Source of the DNA: an uncultured virus (IMG/VR IMGVR_UViG_3300030116_004023) | Taxonomy: Duplodnaviria; Heunggongvirae; Uroviricota; Caudoviricetes | IMG/VR virus record: IMGVR_UViG_3300030116_004023 | Reading direction: 5' to 3' (one strand) | Length of the DNA: 64,000 nucleotides | Part shown: piece by piece, positions 18,820 to 27,315 of the stretch | How positions within the stretch are numbered: position 1 is the first letter of the stretch | Layout of the letters: each line of letters starts with the position of its first letter | Made by a program: the position numbers and the translations under genes | Notes under the pieces: generated by a model | The model's database searches: none | Seen by the model: only the letters and a program-made list of their open reading frames with translations | What the model was told of the DNA's origin: nothing

Positions 18820-20471
18820 AAAAAATCAGCAACCTTTTCTATTGTTCCCTTATAATCAGATGATTTGTGGAAACAAATTTCACATGGACAATTTGATTTG
18901 TACATATGCTTCCCGTGTTGTGCCATCCAATTGAATAAGTCATCTACTGATTTTGATAAGCTTATTTCTATATCTCCAGAGTTTTGAGAACCCGACTCCT
19001 TCATTCGTTTTTTAGCAATGAAAGATAATAAGTTGTTGAAGCCTTCAGTTGTGTTAAGTTTAGATACAGGGGTTTCTGTAGAGTTTCCGCCTTCAATAAC
19101 CCCTCGTTTTGTATATTTCCCTAATTGAGGTTTAGTTAAAGCTTGGTCATAGTATCTCATCCCTAAGTTTTGACCAGCTTCATTCACTGCCCATGGAACA
19201 TATTTATGACCTAAAGGGGAAGGGTCATCTTCTATTACAGGAGTGTAACGAGCTGTTTCAGGTTCAACTTCTGTTGGGAAGCCATACCTATCCAAAAGTC
19301 TGTGATGTTCATCTTGTCTAGCTTGAGTGTTATACAAAGTTGCAAATTGCATCTCATCTAACTCTTCTTTCTGCATAAAATTCATAAATGATTTCATAAA
19401 GTCTATTTCATTGTTTTCGTTCATTACTAAGTTCACCCCCTTTTGGAACCCATTACCATTGTGTGTATTGTCACTGTGTTTAGAACACCAGTATTCTGAT
19501 TCAATTTTACCTAATACAATTGAACAGCTTTGTTCTCCCTTGTTAAAATATTTACATGTACCGCAGTTAAAGCCAGCATCTAGCTGTCCTTTTGTAGCTT
19601 CTTGATAATTTACATCTTCTTTTTCTAATTTTTGCTGGTCAGGTTCTTCGTCATCTTGGTCTTCTTTTACCAAACAACTACCATCTATACATGTAGAAGT
19701 TGATGCTTCCTCTGACTTTATAATGTCAAAAGAGGCAGCTTGGTTCACTCCCTTCTCACATACTGTAACTTCTGCAAGTTCTAGTTCATCCACTTGCATC
19801 ACATCTTGTAATCCTTTTTGTATGTTCTGTGTTTTCAAAGCACTTCCAGCTATACTATAGCTTTTTAGTTTCCCACTACCAATTTGTTCTGCTACTTTTT
19901 TAGCTATTTTAGTATCATTTCTAAGTTCTGTGATAAAAAATAACCCATCACCATTTACCCCAGATTTGAATATTTGACCACTCTTGCTAATATAAGCAGG
20001 TAATGCCCATCCGACTTGAACGTCGGAGTGTAATACCATAGCATTCCTAGTTCTAAAGTTTGCCATATATTTATCAAAAGCTTTATCTAAAGCATTTGTT
20101 GTGATAAGATGTCCTTCTCTATCAACCATTTCAATTGATGCTGGTCCTCCTATCACTAGATGGTCATCATCTGAAACATTCATTTTTTTCAGTTCTTTAG
20201 TATAAGTAACATTGTCTGGATAAGCTCTAGATAATGTTAGCATTTCTGCTGGAGATGCTATACCAGCTTTATGTAACCTTTTGTATTCATCTAAAGCGTT
20301 AGATATATCTTTTATAGATACCTTTCCATTGACTGCTTTTTCTAAAAACATTACAGGTATATCATTGGTTTCTTGCGAGTCTGTTATTTCAGAGTCAGCA
20401 AAATTCAAGTTCATCCAATTCGAAGGACTTGGTATTTCTCCCGCCACAGTTTTAATAGTTTGAGTTGTCAT
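18813..20471 (-). CDS. HK97-type prohead protease with a HiPIP-like domain
   Basis: VDREGH, MVLH, KSYSIAG and ELAEVTVCEKGVN motifs; CGTC...C...YWC domain at about 19476-19620. Confidence 0.85.
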   Translation of the reverse strand: MTTQTIKTVAGEIPSPSNWMNLNFADSEITDSQETNDIPVMFLEKAVNGKVSIKDISNALDEYKRLHKAGIASPAEMLTLSRAYPDNVTYTKELKKMNVSDDDHLVIGGPASIEMVDREGHLITTNALDKAFDKYMANFRTRNAMVLHSDVQVGWALPAYISKSGQIFKSGVNGDGLFFITELRNDTKIAKKVAEQIGSGKLKSYSIAGSALKTQNIQKGLQDVMQVDELELAEVTVCEKGVNQAASFDIIKSEEASTSTCIDGSCLVKEDQDDEEPDQQKLEKEDVNYQEATKGQLDAGFNCGTCKYFNKGEQSCSIVLGKIESEYWCSKHSDNTHNGNGFQKGVNLVMNENNEIDFMKSFMNFMQKEELDEMQFATLYNTQARQDEHHRLLDRYGFPTEVEPETARYTPVIEDDPSPLGHKYVPWAVNEAGQNLGMRYYDQALTKPQLGKYTKRGVIEGGNSTETPVSKLNTTEGFNNLLSFIAKKRMKESGSQNSGDIEISLSKSVDDLFNWMAQHGKHMYKSNCPCEICFHKSSDYKGTIEKVADFLD

Positions 20472-20475
20472 TATA

Positions 20476-21417
20476 TTAGTCCGCTATTCCCCAAATAACT
20501 CCTGTAAGTGTAGGAGTATTTTGGGCTGCTATCATTGATATTTTACCCCTAAAGTCTAAAGGCAATTCACAGTTAAAGGTGTCTCCACCATAAATAGGAA
20601 TACCATTAGCAGAGGTTGCTGTTTTGTCAAATGCTAAATAAATAATATCTGCAGCTGTGCCAGACCTGTTTGTGAATTGAACACCCCTGATTACAGACAT
20701 TGCGGGCTTCTTTATTGATGTAGATAAATTTGTAGTACCTGTCCATTCGTAAAGATTACCTTCAGCACTTGTCTGGTTACCATCAACATAAGTAGAAACT
20801 GCTGTAGTATCTTCTCTAACCTCAAACATAATCTTATCTATGTAGAAGTTTATGTTGTGTTGGGCTTGTGTAACTACATATAATCTGTATGAAGCTGGGT
20901 CTGTGTTCGCTGGTATTGTATATTGAGTAGTCATTCTAGTCCAACTGGTAGCCAAGCTAGAGCTTCCTGAAGAAGCTAACTCTGTACCAGATGAATCTGT
21001 AATATTGATTTCTACTGTTCCAGAAGCAGAAGCACCTCTGTGTTCACATTGAACTGTAATATATTGTGGGTTTACACTCCTCGCAATTTTAGGGGATTCC
21101 CAATAAAACCCCTCACCAACAGCTGAGTTAGCTGGGTTTACTAAAAGTGATGCTGACCCTTCTGAAGCTTGCCCAGTATCTCTTGCGATTGCAGAACCGG
21201 TTGCTGTATACATTGATACAGTTGAACCTTCTATTCCGGGGTTAGTTACTAAGTTTACAGCCTTTTCACCACCATTTGCGACTATAGTATACACATCTTC
21301 AGCCGTGGTACTGGCAGCATTTGAGATTGCTACATATCTATTAACCGGATGTACCGACTGTCTAGTAGAACTATCTATGTCCCACTCTCTGTAATCCGTA
21401 TGTCTTTCATTAGCCAT
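20476..21417 (-). CDS. Virion protein with CBM_4_9-like carbohydrate-binding domain
   Basis: NLVTNPGIE...SEGSASL...WTR...FYID pattern. Confidence 0.65.
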   Translation of the reverse strand: MANERHTDYREWDIDSSTRQSVHPVNRYVAISNAASTTAEDVYTIVANGGEKAVNLVTNPGIEGSTVSMYTATGSAIARDTGQASEGSASLLVNPANSAVGEGFYWESPKIARSVNPQYITVQCEHRGASASGTVEINITDSSGTELASSGSSSLATSWTRMTTQYTIPANTDPASYRLYVVTQAQHNINFYIDKIMFEVREDTTAVSTYVDGNQTSAEGNLYEWTGTTNLSTSIKKPAMSVIRGVQFTNRSGTAADIIYLAFDKTATSANGIPIYGGDTFNCELPLDFRGKISMIAAQNTPTLTGVIWGIAD

Positions 21418-21429
21418 TTATAAATTCTC

Positions 21430-21684
21430 CTATTTATTAATATTTATGATAGCTACAAAGCTACCCATAACAGCGGAAGTGTGTACTATCAGTACTCCAA
21501 TAGCCAGTAGAATACTTTTCATTCCGTACATTTTGCTACGCCATTGAGATATATCATCGACTTTAGTTTCAACCTTTTCTAAGTTTTTAGATAGGTTTTC
21601 ATTGAGAGCGTTCTGACTTGAAATATAAGAATCTAATCGTTCCATATAAACTGCTAAATTCACTTGTGTGTCCTTGTCGGGCAC
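21430..21684 (-). CDS. Coiled-coil protein with C-terminal TM segment
   Basis: Heptad region followed by a hydrophobic tail. Confidence 0.55.
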   Translation of the reverse strand: MPDKDTQVNLAVYMERLDSYISSQNALNENLSKNLEKVETKVDDISQWRSKMYGMKSILLAIGVLIVHTSAVMGSFVAIININK

Positions 21685-21721
21685 TTATCAGTCCTCACAA
21701 AATGTTGTTTATAAATTAGCA

Positions 21722-21739
21722 GGGGGACCGAAGTCCCCC
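21722..21739 (-). terminator. GC-rich hairpin after the capsid gene (terminator/stabiliser)
   Basis: GGGGGAC-UUCG-GUCCCCC, weak U tail. Confidence 0.7.
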
Positions 21740-21760
21740 CACAAGTATCATCACTAAACT

Positions 21761-23095
21761 TTATGAGTTTAGGTCAGCTATTTTTGATTGTACAAAAATG
21801 TTGTTACATCGCATCTCAGCCATAGTGTAGAGTAATCCTCTAACAACTAGAGCATTTGCTGCGAAGTAATCTCTGTTCTCTACGTACTGTGTAGGTTGAG
21901 CAACAGCGATTTCTAGGTAGTCAGTATCCAAAACGTAAACGTTTGAACCAAGAACTGCATCAGCTGATGATACAGACTTAGGTGTGTCAGCGTCTGGGAT
22001 AATTGGAATACCTTGGTAAGTAGCCAATACTAGTCCAGTTCTTGTACCGGGGAAAGTTCTTTCAGAACCTACACCAACTTGGTACTCTTCCTGTCCTAAG
22101 TATCTTTGGTTACTGTTAAGCAATCTTTCTAAGTTGAAGTATTGGTCGTGTCCCAAAAGGATTAGTTTTGGTTCTCCACCATTTTCTCTGATTTTTTGGA
22201 TTGCTGTGTCTAGTAAGTTTAGACTTAGAGCTCTTCCTGTTCCTGAGTTATAAGAAACAGAAGCACCTGCGTTCCAGTTTCCTGAACTTCTATCATTTAG
22301 AGTTAGGTCATAAGCTCTTGTTCTAGCTTCTCCACCACCAACAGCGGCTCCATCTTCTGAAACAATATCATCAATAGATGTTAAACCTGCTCTGTTGTAA
22401 ATGTAAGCTACGTCACCGTCAGCGAATGTAGTTCCTGAAGCAACTGTAATTGCACCAGATGAAGTGTTCACTGCAGAAATAACGGAACCAGAAGTTCTGT
22501 CATGTCCTGTAGCAGAAACGTCATATTGAGCTACTGCGTCACCAATCTTGAAGTTCTTAGCAATTGCTGCTGGAACTGTGAATGAAGTTGCAGAACCTGC
22601 TGATGTCAAGTAAGCTGAACCAGCTAGAAGTTCTTCGTTCATTTCTTTGATGTGGTCTAACTGAGCATTTTCGTTTTCCAACGCAAGAACATCACCAACA
22701 CCACCTTCTAGCTGTGCAGTGAATACTGATTTCACTGAAGCACCGAATGTAGTTGAAACGATTCTAGGTAAACTAGAAATTGTTTCTATGTTGGAAACGT
22801 CAACTGTTGGCAAACTTCCAGTTTCAGTTACTGGTCTTGAACGGCTAGAACCTCTGTCAGTTCTTACCCTCCAACCAGCTGTGTTACCCCAAACCACTCT
22901 TGGGATAGCGTTGAAGAATCTAGTTTGGTTGTTTAGTGCTTGCCAAACCTTTCTTCCATATGTTGTGTTGAATATACCTGTAGCAGTATCTACTGTAAAG
23001 TATGTTTGTTTCTGAAGGTATTCTGGACCGAATACAGACTGATACAAACCTCTTTGAGACTGTGCAAGATATTCACTTAAACTTGGGTTAGCCAT
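21761..23095 (-). CDS. Major capsid protein (HK97 fold) with inserted domain
   Basis: Follows scaffold, strong RBS and codon bias; GIPIIPD...VYVLDTDYLEI C-terminal pattern; trailing hairpin. Confidence 0.85.
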   Translation of the reverse strand: MANPSLSEYLAQSQRGLYQSVFGPEYLQKQTYFTVDTATGIFNTTYGRKVWQALNNQTRFFNAIPRVVWGNTAGWRVRTDRGSSRSRPVTETGSLPTVDVSNIETISSLPRIVSTTFGASVKSVFTAQLEGGVGDVLALENENAQLDHIKEMNEELLAGSAYLTSAGSATSFTVPAAIAKNFKIGDAVAQYDVSATGHDRTSGSVISAVNTSSGAITVASGTTFADGDVAYIYNRAGLTSIDDIVSEDGAAVGGGEARTRAYDLTLNDRSSGNWNAGASVSYNSGTGRALSLNLLDTAIQKIRENGGEPKLILLGHDQYFNLERLLNSNQRYLGQEEYQVGVGSERTFPGTRTGLVLATYQGIPIIPDADTPKSVSSADAVLGSNVYVLDTDYLEIAVAQPTQYVENRDYFAANALVVRGLLYTMAEMRCNNIFVQSKIADLNS

Positions 23096-23123
23096 GTTTA
23101 TAATCTCCTATAGTTTGTTTTTA

Positions 23124-23960
23124 TTATCCTAATAGTTCCCTAGGAACACCATCGGTGTTACCAGTTTCTATTTGGTGTTGCATTCTTCTGAGTTCTGAGT
23201 AAGAAAGTTCAGCTAATTGTGCTGGGGTGTCAGCAACAGCAGATTTTTGTATAGGTGTAGAATCATCTACTCCTAGACTATTTACTGTTTTTGGAGCCTG
23301 TAATCCAGTTTCCTCTCTGAATCCCATTTTTCTTAGTCTTGCCTCAGATTCATTTTGAACTGCTTTTTGCATACTAGCCTCTGAATCAGCAAGTTGCTTT
23401 TTCAAAGATTCTATTTGCTTTTGCATTTTCTCCATGTCATCATCGTCATCGTCATCCATTCCCTTCTCTTCTACAGGTTCGTCAGATGCATCGTCATCAT
23501 CGTCCTCTTTGTACATTCCCTTCTCTTTCTCATCTTCATCATCACCATGCTCTTTGTGCATACCTTTTTCCTTGTCATCTTCATCATCACCATGATATGC
23601 AGCTTGGATTGTGTTTTGCTGGTCTTCTATTTTTGAAGATATACCAGCAGCTGATTCTGAATCATCAGCTTTTTGTGGAGTACCACCTGTTGGTTTTGCC
23701 TTTCTATCGTCTCCGCTAACGTCAGCTCCAGCATAACTGTCACCTTCACCAGCTTTCAACATAGCAACAACTTCAGTGGCAACTGATTTAACGAGTTCTG
23801 ATTGAGCTTTCGCCATTTCTTTTTCGTTTTCCTCAGCTTCTGCCTCTTCCTCTTCCTTAGCCAATCTAATGTCCATTTTTTGTAGGACTTCGGCTACAGC
23901 AGCAAGAGCAAGGTTAGTTCCCTCCATTTGCTTCTCAAGTCTTTCTGAGATATCTGCCAT
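23124..23960 (-). CDS. Capsid scaffolding protein (start reassigned to MADISERLEK)
   Basis: Acidic coiled-coil protein directly upstream of MCP; GGAGG RBS precedes ATG at 23960. Confidence 0.75.
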   Translation of the reverse strand: MADISERLEKQMEGTNLALAAVAEVLQKMDIRLAKEEEEAEAEENEKEMAKAQSELVKSVATEVVAMLKAGEGDSYAGADVSGDDRKAKPTGGTPQKADDSESAAGISSKIEDQQNTIQAAYHGDDEDDKEKGMHKEHGDDEDEKEKGMYKEDDDDDASDEPVEEKGMDDDDDDDMEKMQKQIESLKKQLADSEASMQKAVQNESEARLRKMGFREETGLQAPKTVNSLGVDDSTPIQKSAVADTPAQLAELSYSELRRMQHQIETGNTDGVPRELLG

Positions 23961-24043
23961 AGTATTAAACCTCCTATGTTTATTGTTTTTTATTCCATTT
24001 AACATAAAAGGTTGGTCTTAGCCATCCGACCTTTTTAGAATGA

Positions 24044-24061
24044 AAATATAACGTTATATTT
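24044..24061. promoter_or_regulatory. 18-bp perfect palindrome (operator-like)
   Basis: AAATATAACGTTATATTT just downstream of the 24073 promoter. Confidence 0.5.
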
Positions 24062-24134
24062 AAACGTTATTACATTATACTACGAAAAACTGAAAATCCT
24101 ACTAAAACTAACTACTATTATAATATAAAAGTAA

Positions 24135-24344
24135 TTATTCGTCTGTAGGTAATCCTTTTGAGTCTAATTGAATCATTTCGTTACGAAAATCATATAGAGG
24201 AACTTGTAAAAGTTTTTTGAGTTTATCACATTGATTCCCTTCTGGGAGGGATGCTTCTACTAAATCTAATACTTTCCCAACCATTTTAGAATGTCGGGCT
24301 ATAATATATTCTTGTGTGGGTGTTATTTTACTTACATCTACCAT
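24135..24344 (-). CDS. Hypothetical protein
   Basis: 69 aa, AGGAG RBS. Confidence 0.65.
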   Translation of the reverse strand: MVDVSKITPTQEYIIARHSKMVGKVLDLVEASLPEGNQCDKLKKLLQVPLYDFRNEMIQLDSKGLPTDE

Positions 24345-24353
24345 TTTATTCTC

Positions 24354-24875
24354 CTAGCTAAACTGGAACTTGTTTTCTAATCCTATGCCTAATTTTTTTA
24401 GAAAGTTTCTCTCTTTCTTGGTTAGCGAGCTAACATATTCATCCCAAGCTTTCTGCAACCATGGGTTTCCTTCTCGTGGAGTATCTACCGTGTACCATCC
24501 CCTAGAAGCCCCACTCCATTGTACAACTCGTTTACTACCAAAATTTCTCCCATTAGGATATGATACAGGTCTAGATGACTGCCCTTTATAGGCTCCCGTT
24601 TTAATTGGAGAACTATAAGTTCTATTATGGTCTCTAGGTTGTTGGACATACTCCGGCAATGGTCCATCATCCCCATCATGTACTTGTTTAGCATAAGGAG
24701 CTGAATAAGAAATTTTAAATCCTTTTGAATCAAATGAAATTGACCCAGATTTTTTTAAATTACCTGATTCTCCTTCTGGAACTAATTCCTGTGCTTTGTC
24801 AAAAACAGCATTACCTATAAGTTTAATGGTTAAAGCACTAAGTTCTTTTGCTCGTGTAGTACGACTTTTTGGCAT
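24354..24875 (-). CDS. HK97 gp10-like / minor morphogenesis protein
   Basis: AQELVP..SGNLKKS, YSAPYAKQVH and PWLQKA motifs. Confidence 0.65.
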   Translation of the reverse strand: MPKSRTTRAKELSALTIKLIGNAVFDKAQELVPEGESGNLKKSGSISFDSKGFKISYSAPYAKQVHDGDDGPLPEYVQQPRDHNRTYSSPIKTGAYKGQSSRPVSYPNGRNFGSKRVVQWSGASRGWYTVDTPREGNPWLQKAWDEYVSSLTKKERNFLKKLGIGLENKFQFS

Positions 24876-24893
24876 AATATATTATTATACTAA

Positions 24894-26216
24894 TTAGCCT
24901 TCTAAATCCGTCCATTTTTCAGGAATTTTATCAATAAATTTTCTCTTACTTGTATCGTATCGGTTCAAATAGATAACATCTCTACCCACATAACCATATT
25001 TTGGGTGCCAGTAAGTAACTATTTGTTTAGGTTTGGTAGCTGCTTGAAGTCTTTGTAAGGCAAACTCATCAGGACCTTTCATGGTTCCACAGATATGTAA
25101 CTCACCTGTACCTATATCTAACTCGTCAATACGATGGAAGTGTCCTATCATAACACTATCAAACTCTTGTTCTAAGTCCCCATCCATAGCATCTTCAATC
25201 TCTCTCTGTAAACTTTTCCTAAATTGAAAAACACTTCTTAGTTTAGTTATTGAGTTGAGTATTGCACCACTACTTCCAGCTCCTGATATACAGTCTCCAT
25301 GAGTAATAAGAACTACTTTGTCGTGTACTTTGAAAGTAGTCATAAAGCTTCTAGGAATATGAAACTCTATATTTTCTTGGTTCTTACAAAAAGAAGCAAC
25401 CCATTGGTAAAGCATATAATCCCAATCCATATACTTATCTTTCATAGGTGGCTTTCTTGTCATCCTTCCATGGTTACCAACTACACAAGGTACTTTGATT
25501 TTTGAGTAATGTGGGGCTAAGTACATCAAAGCTTGTCCAATAATACTAGCTCCTCTAATCATTTGTTCCATACAGTTAGCCATATTAGACCTAGCTAACT
25601 CTTCATGTATATCTCCACTAATCATGTCACCTAACATAGGTATAATTAGTTCATCTACAGGGGCTATTTGTCTTCTATAAGATGTGTGCTTTAGTATTTG
25701 GTTAGCCCAACCATACATACGTTTATTGAATATCTCAAAGTTATATTCATTCAAGCCACGCATTTGGTCTTTGAATACATGTTCCCCTATGTGAGTGTCT
25801 GATAAAGGGGTAACCATCACTTGTGCTTGATGACCAAAGGGAGTTTTGTCTGTTTTTTCTATGTGTTTTAGAGGGACCGCAGGAAATGATTTAGTAAACT
25901 CTTGTATAGTATCAACAATAAGTTCTTGTTTAGTGTTTTCTTTTAAGGATTTTTCGTAGAGTTTCTTATAAAACTTTGCTTCACTTTTTTGGGTAGCAAC
26001 TTTTTTATCTAGCTTAACTCTTTCAGCTAAACTATCTTCTGGATGTAAGACCTGCTCTTCTTGAACTCCCTCTACCTCTTTGTCGTGCCAACGTTGAATT
26101 GTTGTCCGATGAGTATCGGTCCCGTACTCCTCGTTCATCCAATTTGCTATCGCTGTCCACGTAGCTCCTAAAGCTCTTCTTCTTATTATCTCTGATTTTG
26201 CCTGCTCTGGAATCAT
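24894..26216 (-). CDS. Calcineurin-like metallophosphoesterase with N-terminal HTH
   Basis: DTH, GD, GNHG, HGD and GHFH motifs. Confidence 0.85.
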   Translation of the reverse strand: MIPEQAKSEIIRRRALGATWTAIANWMNEEYGTDTHRTTIQRWHDKEVEGVQEEQVLHPEDSLAERVKLDKKVATQKSEAKFYKKLYEKSLKENTKQELIVDTIQEFTKSFPAVPLKHIEKTDKTPFGHQAQVMVTPLSDTHIGEHVFKDQMRGLNEYNFEIFNKRMYGWANQILKHTSYRRQIAPVDELIIPMLGDMISGDIHEELARSNMANCMEQMIRGASIIGQALMYLAPHYSKIKVPCVVGNHGRMTRKPPMKDKYMDWDYMLYQWVASFCKNQENIEFHIPRSFMTTFKVHDKVVLITHGDCISGAGSSGAILNSITKLRSVFQFRKSLQREIEDAMDGDLEQEFDSVMIGHFHRIDELDIGTGELHICGTMKGPDEFALQRLQAATKPKQIVTYWHPKYGYVGRDVIYLNRYDTSKRKFIDKIPEKWTDLEG

Positions 26217-26334
26217 AATTCCTCCTAATCTTTACTACTAAAATCTTACCACAAGTAAGACATTGCAAGTCCTTATCTTCATTTATGTACATATGTCCTT
26301 GACACTTAGTACACATTCTATCATATAATTTCAT

Positions 26335-27315
26335 TTAAACAAAGGGGCTATCTTTATCGTCTTCTTCTTCAGCGTCTATCCGACCAGCTTCTTGGTCTCT
26401 ATAACCTCCAGCAACAGTAGGTCCAGATTCAGTTCCAGAACCATATGATAACTGAACACTAAGTCCTGCAGGAGCAGTTTGGGACGCATCCCCTTTTTCA
26501 TCAGGTTTTTCACTCTTCACATTTTCAGAATCATCTAAGTTTCTAATTTTAGATTCCATATCTTTTTGTTCTACATCTGCCTGCTTATCAGGTTCCGCAT
26601 CATACTTTAGTGGATTACGAAGTCCATCTGTTTGTTTAGTTTGGTCATTTATAGATGTAGAAGATGTTTGCTGTCTAAACTTTATATCATCTTTTTGTAG
26701 TTCTTCACGAACCCATTTTATTAGCTCGACTGTAGAAGAATTAAATTCCTTTTGCATTTTTCGTTCAGGAGAATGGTCATTTAGAAACAATCCTAACCTT
26801 TCAACTCCTGTTCTTTTTTTACCCTTACGTTTTTTCTCCCATCTTTTTTTACGTTCTGACCTACCACCGTAACTAGGGGTAAACACCCCTGAGTCTTGGG
26901 ATGTAAATACTGTTCCTGCACCACCTCCAAATGACCCAGAAGTAGCTGCTCCACCCCCACCGCCATTTTCTTTCAGCAGTTTTTCTAATTCAGGATGAAA
27001 TTTAAAGGTTACTTTTTTTGCATCTTTTTTCACTGATTCACCGTCCACTAATATTTCAATAGGATATACTTCATCTAATGTATTATACCAATAAGCTACT
27101 TCATAGCCACCGTCATCTAATAATTTTACAAACAAACCTCTATCATAACTTGGTCCATCTTCCATGTCTGTAGCTCTAAGAACTTTGGTTTCACCTCTAG
27201 GTAATAATAAATCATGTTTTATATCTTCAGACTTTTGTTTCTGTAATTCTTTCTTAGCAGCTTTTTTATACGAGTCATTTTGTCCTCGTGGGTTTGTTAT
27301 CCAAGATTTATTCAT
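26335..27315 (-). CDS. Hypothetical head-associated protein
   Basis: Overlaps portal stop; Gly-rich and charged segments. Confidence 0.6.
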   Translation of the reverse strand: MNKSWITNPRGQNDSYKKAAKKELQKQKSEDIKHDLLLPRGETKVLRATDMEDGPSYDRGLFVKLLDDGGYEVAYWYNTLDEVYPIEILVDGESVKKDAKKVTFKFHPELEKLLKENGGGGGAATSGSFGGGAGTVFTSQDSGVFTPSYGGRSERKKRWEKKRKGKKRTGVERLGLFLNDHSPERKMQKEFNSSTVELIKWVREELQKDDIKFRQQTSSTSINDQTKQTDGLRNPLKYDAEPDKQADVEQKDMESKIRNLDDSENVKSEKPDEKGDASQTAPAGLSVQLSYGSGTESGPTVAGGYRDQEAGRIDAEEEDDKDSPFV

